64,000 nt of DNA, from contig CAVQNT010000002.1 of NCBI GenBank assembly GCA_963714275.1, positions 96,001 through 160,000 of the forward strand, written 5' to 3'. Source of the DNA: Candidatus Bathyarchaeota archaeon (GTDB lineage Archaea > Thermoproteota > Bathyarchaeia > Bathyarchaeales > DTEX01). Position 1 is the stretch's first letter; the number at the start of each line of letters is the position of its first letter. The notes beneath the pieces were generated by a model. The model had not been told where the DNA came from. It made no database searches and saw only the letters and a program-made list of their open reading frames with translations. Made by a program: the position numbers and the translations under genes. Below are positions 10,803 to 21,064 of the stretch, piece after piece.

Positions 10803-10995
10803 ATGAAAAACCATATTAAGAATAGAAAAGCGCTAAGCAATGTTGTCTCAGCTAGCTAGCTAGCTAGCTGAGCTTATGATGATCTTGGATGCTATAGAGT
10901 TAAGTAGGTTTGTTATGATAGATAGGAGAAAACAAGTTCTAGTCAAACGCGAACCACTAAGAAATATAAAAAAACCAAAAGAGAAAAGAAAATGA
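10803..10995 (+). pseudogene. Decayed archaeal type IV pilin-like gene start interrupted by (AGCT)5
   Basis: MKNHIKNRKA|LSNVVSA resembles a class III signal peptide; collapsing the repeat to one unit continues in frame as ELMMILDAIELSRFVM. Confidence 0.4.
10847..10872. repeat. Perfect 26-bp palindrome containing an (AGCT)5 microsatellite
   Basis: CTCAGCTAGCTAGCTAGCTAGCTGAG equals its own reverse complement. Confidence 0.95.
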
Positions 10996-11262
10996 AGAAA
11001 GTAGCAAAGGAAAGAAAAAGAGGGGAAAGGGCTCTTAAAAGATGGAAGAAGAGAAGTTGGTTAACGAAGAGTCTAAAGAATAAGAGAATTTCTCTAGATC
11101 TAGTAAGGAGAAAAGCTGAACAAGAACAAGTAAAACCATAGTAAGTATAAATTTATCATCTTTTTGTCAATCAAAAAATCTCTTTACTTAGCTGACTAAA
11201 TGGTTTACCCATCTAAAGATTTGGGGTTTTTTATCTAAAGTTTTAGTCCATAGTCTTCTTAA

Positions 11263-11456
11263 GTCCCGTTGCACACCACTTGTAGTGGCGGTAAGGGACA
11301 GATAGCCTGTCAGTAACGGAAGTATAGTCGGCGGTTAGCTGTCACTGAGTCGGTTGGCTTCGGCTAACTGACGGAAACTGTTAATGACATGCTGGCTGAA
11401 AAAGAGAGTGAGCGTGTCACCCTCTCGGCACCGAACTGAAAGTTGTTTTGCGGTGT
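11263..11456 (+). ncRNA. Putative structured non-coding RNA, family not recognised
   Basis: Several stems with G-U pairs, C(UUCG)G tetraloop at 11358-11363, GC-richer than flanks, TATA-like TTTTTTATCTAA about 25-35 nt upstream. Confidence 0.55.
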
Positions 11457-11792
11457 AGAAGCACGCAAATCCGCATTACCCTACCGCTACTCATCATTTC
11501 TAGAAGAACAAGCCAAACAGGATATGGAATCCATATTCCCTTAAGCGTAGTATTTCCAGAAATGAACCTTGATAACTTCTTCTTGAACATTACAGATCCC
11601 CCCAACAACTAGCTGAGCTAGCTCACTTTGCCCTCGTATTTTTAATTTCGTTTTCAAATCCACCAAGAGGTCTTATCTTGGCGACTTTGAATCCTTGTTT
11701 GTGGTAGATTTTAGTTCTACAATCGATCGGCTGACTGATCCTTCAGTTGGGACGTTTATCTTTCAATTCACGTTCATGACATATGGAATAAA

Positions 11793-12284
11793 CTACAATA
11801 TTTTTATAGAGATATCTTTGTAGTCAGCAATCAAAGTAACCTTTGTTTTTACAACCATTGGAATGAAACCATACTTTTTAGCGAGTTTGAGCTCTTCTTC
11901 ATTCTTTTTCGATAATTGTGCTTTGTTTGTCTTAACTTCAACAACATAAAAGTCCTTTTCCTTTTTTGCCATAAAATCAAAGCTTCTTCTTTTATGTTCA
12001 CTACCAACATTTTTAATAAAAGATGGATGTGGGGTTTTTATATAAATCCTGTTTAAAGCTTCAATTAGATTGATAAAGTCTTCCTTCTTAGAACCCAAGA
12101 AAACTTTTGTCATCTTAACCAATGGTGAAATATCGCTCGCACGCACGATATGCGGGACAAATATGCACAAAGCTTCATATCTCATGACCGTGAATCCTTC
12201 CTTTTCCAAAAATTTTCTTACAAGTGTCTCTCCAATTTGACCAATGTAATTAGAGAGGTGTTGCCTACCACCGATAGTAGACAT
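11793..12284 (-). CDS. PD-(D/E)XK nuclease, YraN/Hjc-like
   Basis: GQIGETLVRKFLEKEGF...FDFMAKK...VVEVKT motif. Confidence 0.75.
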   Translation of the reverse strand: MSTIGGRQHLSNYIGQIGETLVRKFLEKEGFTVMRYEALCIFVPHIVRASDISPLVKMTKVFLGSKKEDFINLIEALNRIYIKTPHPSFIKNVGSEHKRRSFDFMAKKEKDFYVVEVKTNKAQLSKKNEEELKLAKKYGFIPMVVKTKVTLIADYKDISIKIL

Positions 12285-12294
12285 TATAAAAACC

Positions 12295-12920
12295 TTATCC
12301 CTTCTCCTTTCGGATCGATGATAGTTTGAACAGATAGCTAATGAATTCAGGTCTCCCTACTGGAGCAAAATCAATGAAGAGATCATAATGGTAGTATATG
12401 AGTACATATAGAGCAGCCAGAGATTTCAAAGCAATTAGCAGAGTGCGTCCTTCAGATTGCTGTACTTGTCATGTTTGAGCCTATTGTAGACATTCCACCA
12501 ATCTGGCTTTTTTTCTTCAAAAGGCGTCACGCGATCATCAAGTTCTTTTATTTCGACTATAGCCTCAGCGATATCAGGGCCAACTTCACTCAATAAGTCA
12601 CGGTACTTTTTGAAAGAGAGACTTCGAGGAGGACTTTGCTTTCTGAGGCATCGTTCCTTCTCAAGCAGTTCTTCTCTCCGTTCACGGTGACGTACAATAC
12701 GTTGGCATGGGTTAGGAAAAACAAGCAGATCAAACGAACTTATGACCTCAGGCCCCGTTTCCAATATGATTTCAACAAGCTTCAGAGAGTAGACGTTTAG
12801 ATGTTCGGAATCCAACGGGACGTAATCCAAGAAATCTCTCAGTTTTCTTTCTATAGCGTAGAACATCTTTTGTGAGAGCATCATCCTCTTGTTGAATTCA
12901 TCATGATCGTATTTGGACAA
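12295..12920 (-). CDS. Conserved hypothetical protein, possible HEPN-like RNase; frameshift near 12440
   Basis: Helical protein with WWNVYNRLKHD then (other frame) LLIALKSLAALYVLI... to TAA at 12295. Confidence 0.5.
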
Positions 12921-13118
12921 GATCGATTGATCCCCACCTTACAGAGTATTCCTCGAACTTACTCTTATATACGCAATTGTTGAAGCATCATTCCTAAAAT
13001 CATATAAGGGGGTTATCAGTAAGGCCTTAGAAAAAGCCGAATCTTAACCTTTTTATATTCGCCTAATCTATTGGTTTCTTTAATCCGATAAATCTTTCCA
13101 GAAGGTTGAAAAGTAAAC

Positions 13119-14417
13119 GTGCCAGAACAAGCTAAAGAAGACCTAACCGAAGAAGCCCTGCATAAGGCAGTACGCCACAAACATGACGAAAAGCACAATT
13201 GGCCACAACCAAGCATCAACATAGGCACAATAGGACACGTTGACCACGGAAAAACGACGCTGGTTGAGTCGCTGACCGGAGTGTGGGCTTCGAGACATAG
13301 CGAAGAATTGAAAAGAGGAATAACAATCAAACTCGGTTACGCAGACGCCGTGATCTTTAAGTGCCCAAAATGCGAAAGCCCACGTAACCTTTCAACTCAC
13401 GAAACCTGCCCAAAATGCGGATCAAAAGGCGTGTTCGTTAGGGCTCTAAGTTTTGTCGACGCACCCGGGCACGAAGCGTTGATGGCAACGATGCTTTCCG
13501 GCGCAGCGGTCATGGACGGCGTAATCCTCGTGATTGCAGCGGACGAGCCTTGTCCCCAGCCTCAGACCCGCGAACACCTCGCAGCCATCGAGATAATCGG
13601 AATCAACAAAATAGTCATCGCCCAAAACAAGGTTGACCTAGTAAACAAAGTCCGCGCCCTGAAAAGCTACAACGAAATAAAAACATTCACGAAAGGAACA
13701 GTGGCAGAAAACGCGCCAGTCATCCCAATTTCAGCCCAGAACCAAGTCAACATAGACCTCCTCCTTTACGCCATAGAGAAACAAATACCGACGCCCCAGC
13801 GGGACCCCACGAAACCGCCCAGACTCCACGTGGTCAGGTCGTTCGACGTGAATAAGCCGGGAACTGTGATCGACAATCTCACAGGCGGCGTAATCGGTGG
13901 CACAATCTATCAAGGCGTCTTCAAGGTCGGCGACGAAATCGAAATCCGCCCAGGAATCACGAAGACACAGTCAAGCTCGTACGAGCCACTTTACACCAAG
14001 GTTGTCAGCCTTCACGCTGGCGGACGCCAAGTCAAAGAAGCCTATTCAGGAGGACTTGTCGGCGTGGGAACGCTTCTGGACCCATCGTTGACTAAGGCTG
14101 ACGGGCTAATCGGAAACATCGTTGGCAAGCCTGAGACTCTTCCGCCAACACGGCTTGAGATGTTTCTGGAATTCCATCTTTTCAAGCGAGCCGTAGGAAC
14201 CAAAGAAATGCTTGAAGTCAAAGAAGTCAACGTAGGCGAAGTTCTCCTCTTAGACGTCGGAACAGCCCCCACAGTCGGAAAAGTTGCGAGTATCAAAAAG
14301 CACGTGGCTGAGCTTCAACTCACACGTTCAATATGCGCGGAAGACAACACCCGCGTAGCTGTGAGCCGAAAGATTCTAGGAAGATGGCGGCTAATAGGGT
14401 TCGGAATTATTAAATAG
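13119..14417 (+). CDS. eif2g: Translation initiation factor aIF-2 gamma
   Basis: GHVDHGKTT, HSEELKRGITIKLGYA, DAPGHE and RWRLIGFG. Confidence 0.98.
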   Translation: MPEQAKEDLTEEALHKAVRHKHDEKHNWPQPSINIGTIGHVDHGKTTLVESLTGVWASRHSEELKRGITIKLGYADAVIFKCPKCESPRNLSTHETCPKCGSKGVFVRALSFVDAPGHEALMATMLSGAAVMDGVILVIAADEPCPQPQTREHLAAIEIIGINKIVIAQNKVDLVNKVRALKSYNEIKTFTKGTVAENAPVIPISAQNQVNIDLLLYAIEKQIPTPQRDPTKPPRLHVVRSFDVNKPGTVIDNLTGGVIGGTIYQGVFKVGDEIEIRPGITKTQSSSYEPLYTKVVSLHAGGRQVKEAYSGGLVGVGTLLDPSLTKADGLIGNIVGKPETLPPTRLEMFLEFHLFKRAVGTKEMLEVKEVNVGEVLLLDVGTAPTVGKVASIKKHVAELQLTRSICAEDNTRVAVSRKILGRWRLIGFGIIK

Positions 14418-14470
14418 ACTTGAGCCTCAACATTTTTATTAAAATCTCCAAATTGAGTGAGGAGTGCGTC

Positions 14471-15574
14471 TTGAACCAGAGAGAACGTTTCCTCAGAACA
14501 TACCAGTTCAAAGAAGTTGACAGAGTTCCCGACTACGAGTTCGGGTTCTGGACCGAAACAATCGACAGGTGGCACAAGGAGGGTCTTCCCCAAGAGAAAC
14601 GGGACATGCGCGACATCGAGCTCTACCTCGGGCTTGAAGGCTGGGACTGCATGGAAATGCTACCCGTTAGAACCACGTTCTGGCCACCCTTACCCGGCAG
14701 GATAATCAAAGAGGAAGGAAACCGAGCAACCGTGGACGACGGAATGGGCGGCATTTATGTAAGCCCAATTGGAACTTCATCGCCCCCGCATTATCTCCGT
14801 CACCCCTTAAAGAACAGGGAGGACTGGGAAAAGCTAAAGCCCTTCTTCGACCCTGACACGCCTGGACGTTTCCCACTGAACTGGGACGAAGTTGCCGAGA
14901 GCTACAAGGACCGTGACTATCCCTTGGGAATCTTCATCGGCAGCTTTTATGGCTGGCTTAGAAACTTCATGGGCGTAGAAAGAATATCAATAGCGTTCTA
15001 CCGTAAACCCGACTGGATAGCTGAAATGATGGATACTTTAGTGGATTTGTGGATCACCACGATACATAAAGCATTACGAAAGGTCAAGGTGGACTATGCA
15101 ACTTGGTGGGAAGACATGTGCTACAACAGGGGTCCGCTCTTGTCCGTCCATCACTTCGAAGAATTCATGGTTCCCCGATACAAAAAAGTCACCGACGTCC
15201 TGAAGGAGTACGGCGTTACCATCAACGTACTTGACTGCGACGGAGACATAACTGTGCTTGTTCCAGGCTGGCTTAAAGGCGGTATAAACTGCATGTTTCC
15301 CGTTGAGACCCGCTTCACAGACATGTACAAATTACGTGAAAAGTTTGGACGCCATGTACTGTTTCTGGGAAACGTTGACAAATTTGCCTTGATTGCAGGA
15401 GAAAAAGCAATAGACAAGGAACTGAAACGGTTAACCCCGATGCTTAAGGACGGCGGCTTCATCCCACTTGTGGACCACAGGTGCCCGCCTGAAGTCTCCT
15501 ATCAAACCTACAAGTATTATTTGGCAAAGAAGCGGGCGTGGATCAGCAGAAAAGATGCGCCTCCGTTGCTATAG
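14471..15574 (+). CDS. Uroporphyrinogen decarboxylase / MtaA-CmuA-like family protein
   Basis: WEDMCYNRGPLLS, DCDGD and GGFIPLVDH TIM-barrel motifs; TTG start at 14471 preceded by GAGGAG. Confidence 0.8.
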   Translation: MNQRERFLRTYQFKEVDRVPDYEFGFWTETIDRWHKEGLPQEKRDMRDIELYLGLEGWDCMEMLPVRTTFWPPLPGRIIKEEGNRATVDDGMGGIYVSPIGTSSPPHYLRHPLKNREDWEKLKPFFDPDTPGRFPLNWDEVAESYKDRDYPLGIFIGSFYGWLRNFMGVERISIAFYRKPDWIAEMMDTLVDLWITTIHKALRKVKVDYATWWEDMCYNRGPLLSVHHFEEFMVPRYKKVTDVLKEYGVTINVLDCDGDITVLVPGWLKGGINCMFPVETRFTDMYKLREKFGRHVLFLGNVDKFALIAGEKAIDKELKRLTPMLKDGGFIPLVDHRCPPEVSYQTYKYYLAKKRAWISRKDAPPLL

Positions 15575-15658
15575 GTCTTTACTTCAGTCTCGAGCTCTCA
15601 GAGATTTTTGCGAGCCACAAACTTTTTCTAGTCTAGTCGTCATTACGTAAGGAAAACC

Positions 15659-15844
15659 TTGAAGAAAAATAGAGATGGGAAGAAGCCGAAGGACAAAACA
15701 AAATGGACACTTCGGTGCCCTGTATGTCTCAGTTCAAGGAATGATCTTTGGCTTGGAGGTAAGGGTGGGCTTCAAGTGCGTAAGTACCTTGACTGTGGTT
15801 ATGTTGGCGCTGCTTTTGTGAGTGTTAAGGAGAACACTTCGTAA
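15659..15844 (+). CDS. Small zinc-ribbon-like protein (one Cys ligand apparently replaced)
   Basis: RCPVC...LGG...KYLDCGYVG. Confidence 0.45.
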   Translation: MKKNRDGKKPKDKTKWTLRCPVCLSSRNDLWLGGKGGLQVRKYLDCGYVGAAFVSVKENTS

Positions 15845-15935
15845 TCTGAAGAACGACAGTTTTGCTGAAATGTTCCTCGGCGCCAGAATGTTTTAAGTAA
15901 GCAATCTTGATAGATTAGTTCATCTGATTGACGAG

Positions 15936-16878
15936 TTGAAACTCATGAAGCGGGTCAAGATAATGGCTCCATGCAGCTCAGCCAACCTCGGCTCAGGCTT
16001 CGATGTCTTCGGCTTGGCGTTGGAAGCGTTTCATGACACTTTAACAGCGGAGATCGCAGACAAAAACATAACCGTAAAGGTTACAGGGCTCGGAGTTAAG
16101 GAAATCCCAACTGACTTAGAAAGGAACACAGCTGGGTTAGTCGCCAAGACTCTTGTTGCAGACCGCCAAGTAGGTGTAAAAATACTTGTCGAGAAAGGCA
16201 TACCCTTGAAAATGGGGCTTGGAAGCAGCGGAGCATCAGCAGCTGCATGCGCAGTCGCATTAAACGATCTTCTGTGCCTTGGGCTCACAAAGAACGATAT
16301 TGTAAAGACAGCAGCGATGGGCGAAGTTGCAGCAGCAGGAGCAGGCCACGCTGACAATGTCGCAGCCTCGGTTCTAGGCGGGTTCACGATGGTTCAGGCT
16401 TGGGGCAAGGATATCGTTGCGGTTCGATTGGACCCTCCACGAAACCTTGAAGTAGCGTTGGCATTACCTAGCATTGAGACTCCTGAAAACAAGACAGGCT
16501 AAGGCTAGAGCTGTTCTGCCCAAATTAGTGGGTTTCAGAGACGCTGTGGCTAATGCTCGGAATGCAGCCTCGATAGTTGCGGGGTTTCACTTCGGTAATG
16601 TTGAAATGATCGGGCGAGGCATGACCGACCTGATTGTTGAGCCAGCGAGAAAACAGCTAGTACCAGGATTTGATGCAGTAAAAAAGGCAGCCCTAAAAGC
16701 AGGCGCAGCTGGAGCAGCAATAAGCGGTGCAGGCCCAGCGGTCATCGCTGTCGTGGACTCAACGAAGTCTTCCGTGTTGAACGTGGCTTCAGTCATGAAG
16801 GAAGCCTTTGAATCCGAAGGAATAAGATGCGAAGTGTGTTGCACAAAGCCATCGTTCAGTGGCACAATTAAGGTTTAG
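15936..16878 (+). CDS. thrB: Homoserine kinase (GHMP family); frameshift near 16497
   Basis: SSANLGSGFDVFGLAL, GLGSSGAS, HADNVA, then ARAVLP...ISGAGP in the next frame. Confidence 0.9.
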
Positions 16879-16898
16879 CCTTCACGGTTGAGGTTTAA

Positions 16899-17900
16899 AT
16901 GATGAGGAACAAAAAGCCGATTATCGCCGTGACGATGGGCGACCCAGCTGGAGTAGGTCCTGAAATCGCCATTAAGGCGCTTCTGAAGCCTGAAATAAAA
17001 AACGCGTGCAAGCCTGTTTTAATTGGGGATTTAAGCATTTTACGTAGAACATCTCATCGCTTAGGGCTTAAAGTAAGCTTCAAAACATTGAGTGATCCAA
17101 AAGAAGCTTCAGGAGGAGAAGGCGTAATCGAAGTTGTGGACATGAAGAATGTGGATTCAGGTTCTTTTAGGATTGGTGAAGTTTCCGTTGAAGGGGGACG
17201 AGCCGCAATCCAATACATCGAGAAATCAGCGGAATTAGCTCTAAACAAGCAGGTTGATGCCGTAGCCACTGGACCCATTAACAAGCAAGCTAATAATTTG
17301 GCTGGAAGCCCATACATTGGGCACACCGAGATGCTGGCTACGTTTTGCGGAGTCGAAGACCCCCTAACGATGTTTTGGGTTAAGGGTGCAAGAATCTTCT
17401 TCCTAACAAGGCATCTGCCGTTAACTGAAGCCATCAAGGCTGTTAAGAAGGAACGGATTGTCGAAGCGGTCGTAAGAATTGTGGCTGAGCTCAAGAAAAT
17501 AGGCGTGAAAAAACCTTTAGTCGCGGTTGCAGCGTTGAATCCTCACGCAAGCGATGAAGGCTTAGTGGGCAGCGAAGAAGCTCAGGAAATTATTCCAGCT
17601 GTTGATGTGCTAAAGGTAAAGGGCTGCAACGTGGTTGGTCCTGTTCCCGCGGACACGGTTTTCGTTAAAGCCTTGGAAGGACATTACGATGCGGTGTTGT
17701 CGCTTTACCACGATCAGGGACACATTGCTGCCAAAACCGTTGACTTCTATGGCACGGTCAGCGTGACGCTTGGGCTTCCGTTTCTCCGCACTTCGGTTGA
17801 CCACGGGACCGCGTACGATATCGCTGGAAAGGGCTTGGCTAACCCGAGAAGTTTGGAGGAAGCCATAAAACTGGCTGCGGAAATCGTATCAAAAAAGTGA
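16899..17900 (+). CDS. pdxA: 4-hydroxythreonine-4-phosphate dehydrogenase PdxA/PdxA2 family
   Basis: TMGDPAGVGPE, GHTE, LNPHA, YHDQGH and RTSVDHGTAYDIAGKG. Confidence 0.95.
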   Translation: MMRNKKPIIAVTMGDPAGVGPEIAIKALLKPEIKNACKPVLIGDLSILRRTSHRLGLKVSFKTLSDPKEASGGEGVIEVVDMKNVDSGSFRIGEVSVEGGRAAIQYIEKSAELALNKQVDAVATGPINKQANNLAGSPYIGHTEMLATFCGVEDPLTMFWVKGARIFFLTRHLPLTEAIKAVKKERIVEAVVRIVAELKKIGVKKPLVAVAALNPHASDEGLVGSEEAQEIIPAVDVLKVKGCNVVGPVPADTVFVKALEGHYDAVLSLYHDQGHIAAKTVDFYGTVSVTLGLPFLRTSVDHGTAYDIAGKGLANPRSLEEAIKLAAEIVSKK

Positions 17901-17904
17901 GAAC

Positions 17905-18309
17905 TTGGAAATGGTTAAGGTAATCATCGACTCGAACTTCTTCTTTGTTCCGTTCAGGTTTAAGATCGACATATTTGAGCAACTTGACAGATTATTCGGT
18001 AAAAGCAGACCCGTCGTTCTGTCCACAACTATTGAAGAGCTTCAGCAACTCACAGCGAAAGGCCCACCAAAAATGCGTAAACAAGCTCAAGCTGCATTCG
18101 AGTACACACAAAAATGCGTGACAGCAAAGGTTGAAAAAGGTTCCAGCGAAAGCTACGATGACGTTATCCTGAGAAAAGCCAAAGACTGGAACTGCCCCGT
18201 GGCTACCAACGATGCGAACCTAAGGGAAAGGTTGAGAGAAGCCAGAGTGACAGTTGTTTTCGTCAGAAAGAAGTCTCACTTAGTAGTTGATGGTAAGTCT
18301 TTTCAGTAA
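17905..18309 (+). CDS. PIN-domain protein, Fcf1/Utp24-like
   Basis: VIIDSNF, YDDVI and VATND..LR motifs. Confidence 0.88.
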   Translation: MEMVKVIIDSNFFFVPFRFKIDIFEQLDRLFGKSRPVVLSTTIEELQQLTAKGPPKMRKQAQAAFEYTQKCVTAKVEKGSSESYDDVILRKAKDWNCPVATNDANLRERLREARVTVVFVRKKSHLVVDGKSFQ

Positions 18310-18403
18310 GCTCCCATTGTTACTGCATTTTTCATAACCAAACTTGAACCCTCAAAATTTTTAAAGCAAAAACATAATTAGCAGATATGAGGTAAACACA
18401 GTT

Positions 18404-19190
18404 TTGGTTTTATCCGTCACTCTCGAACCAGCTAAAGAAGAGGATGCTGAAACACTCGCGGACATTTCGAAAAGGGCCTTCCACAGCGATTTTGAAGTTG
18501 GCGCCCCAAATAAGGAAGGAGGTCCACCGGGATACGACTCACCTGAATTTCAAGTTAAAATTTTCATGAAATGGTTGGATTACCGCAAAATTTTGTTAAA
18601 CGGTAAAATTATGGGCGGTCTAATGGTCGAAAGGAAAAGACTAGGTCACTACGAGTGTCAACGAATCTTTGTTGACCCGAACTACCACAACCAAGGCATA
18701 GCAACAAAAGCTTTCGAGCTTGTTTGGATCATTTATCTTGATGCGAAGATTTGGACGTTGGGGACGCCTGAATGGAACATTCGGACCAAGCACTTTTACG
18801 AAAAGCTGGGCTTTGTTCAAGTAGGCTGGACTAGGGAGGCAGAATGGAGAGGACGCTATTACGAGAAAATAATGGACAACACTAAGCCTTACGTGAGGAT
18901 GAAAGTCAGCGAACTGAAGGCAGGCATAAAAGGCGTAGAAGTTGATGCAAAGGTTCAGGAAATTTCTGAGCCCCAAGACGTTCGTTCAAAAGACGGCAAA
19001 CAACTCAAAGTGGTTGAAGCGACAATATCTGATGGTACTGGGTCAATGAAGCTTGCGTTATGGGACGATCAAATCGGACAAATCATGGTCAACGATAAAA
19101 TTAGAATCTATAACGGCTATGTCACATCTTTCCGAGGACAAAACCAGCCTCAATGTAAGCAAATATGACCCACTGGTTATTCTATTGTAG
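18404..19190 (+). CDS. GNAT N-acetyltransferase fused to C-terminal SSB/RPA-type OB fold; frameshift near 19141
   Basis: GGPPGYDS, RIFVDP..HNQGIA and HFYEKLGF, then MKVSELK...ISDGTGS.KLALWDDQ...NGYVTSFRG, and SLNVSKY in the next frame. Confidence 0.8.
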
Positions 19191-19234
19191 ACGACGTTTA
19201 TTCTGGCATGTTTATGTTAAATATTTTTTAGCAG

Positions 19235-19633
19235 TTAAAAAGAATCTGCGGCATATTTCTTGATGACTTTTCTTCCGGGCTCTCCCATGGGTAGGGGTTC
19301 AAGTTCGTCAAAAGAAAACCATCTTATCTCTGAGTGTTCGCTTCTATTCACGACTTCGCCCTTCCATTCCCTAACTAGAAAATAGTATAATTCAAGGGTT
19401 TCGGAAACATCATCCGTGGCAGTGGTCTTGAGCATGGTAAGAAACTTCGGATTCAACGCTTCTATGCCCAGTTCCTCATTGAGCTCCCGTTTCAACGCTT
19501 GCTCCAGTGTCTCACCTTCTTCAACCGCACCACCAAAAGTGCACCACAACCCATAGAAAGAGTCTCTCTTAAGCCTTTCACCAAGCAGAACCTTCCCATC
19601 TTTGAGGATTACTACACGTACGCCTTTTAGCAT
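19235..19633 (-). CDS. Nudix hydrolase (MutT-like)
   Basis: GGAVEEGETLEQALKRELNEELG Nudix box. Confidence 0.92.
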   Translation of the reverse strand: MLKGVRVVILKDGKVLLGERLKRDSFYGLWCTFGGAVEEGETLEQALKRELNEELGIEALNPKFLTMLKTTATDDVSETLELYYFLVREWKGEVVNRSEHSEIRWFSFDELEPLPMGEPGRKVIKKYAADSF

Positions 19634-19666
19634 GCTTTCTCATCTTCAAAAATCTTCGGAGGCGAT

Positions 19667-20962
<1,296 letters not shown>

Positions 20963-21064
20963 CTAAGCTTCAACGTGGAGAAACGCGTAAAATCTATTTA
21001 AGCGCTCCTACCGATGCATGAGAATAGTATAAAATAATGCGTGAACAGTGAGACATGGCTGAGC

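Noticed and set aside
11190-11335. GACTAAATG and AAGTATAGTCGG resembling group I intron R and S elements
   Set aside because: No P/Q elements, P3-P6 core or interrupted host gene found; likely coincidence
11314-11383. Canonical hammerhead ribozyme
   Set aside because: Core reads CUGAGUC rather than CUGANGA, with extra bases before GAAA and at the cleavage-site junction; kept only as an unidentified RNA
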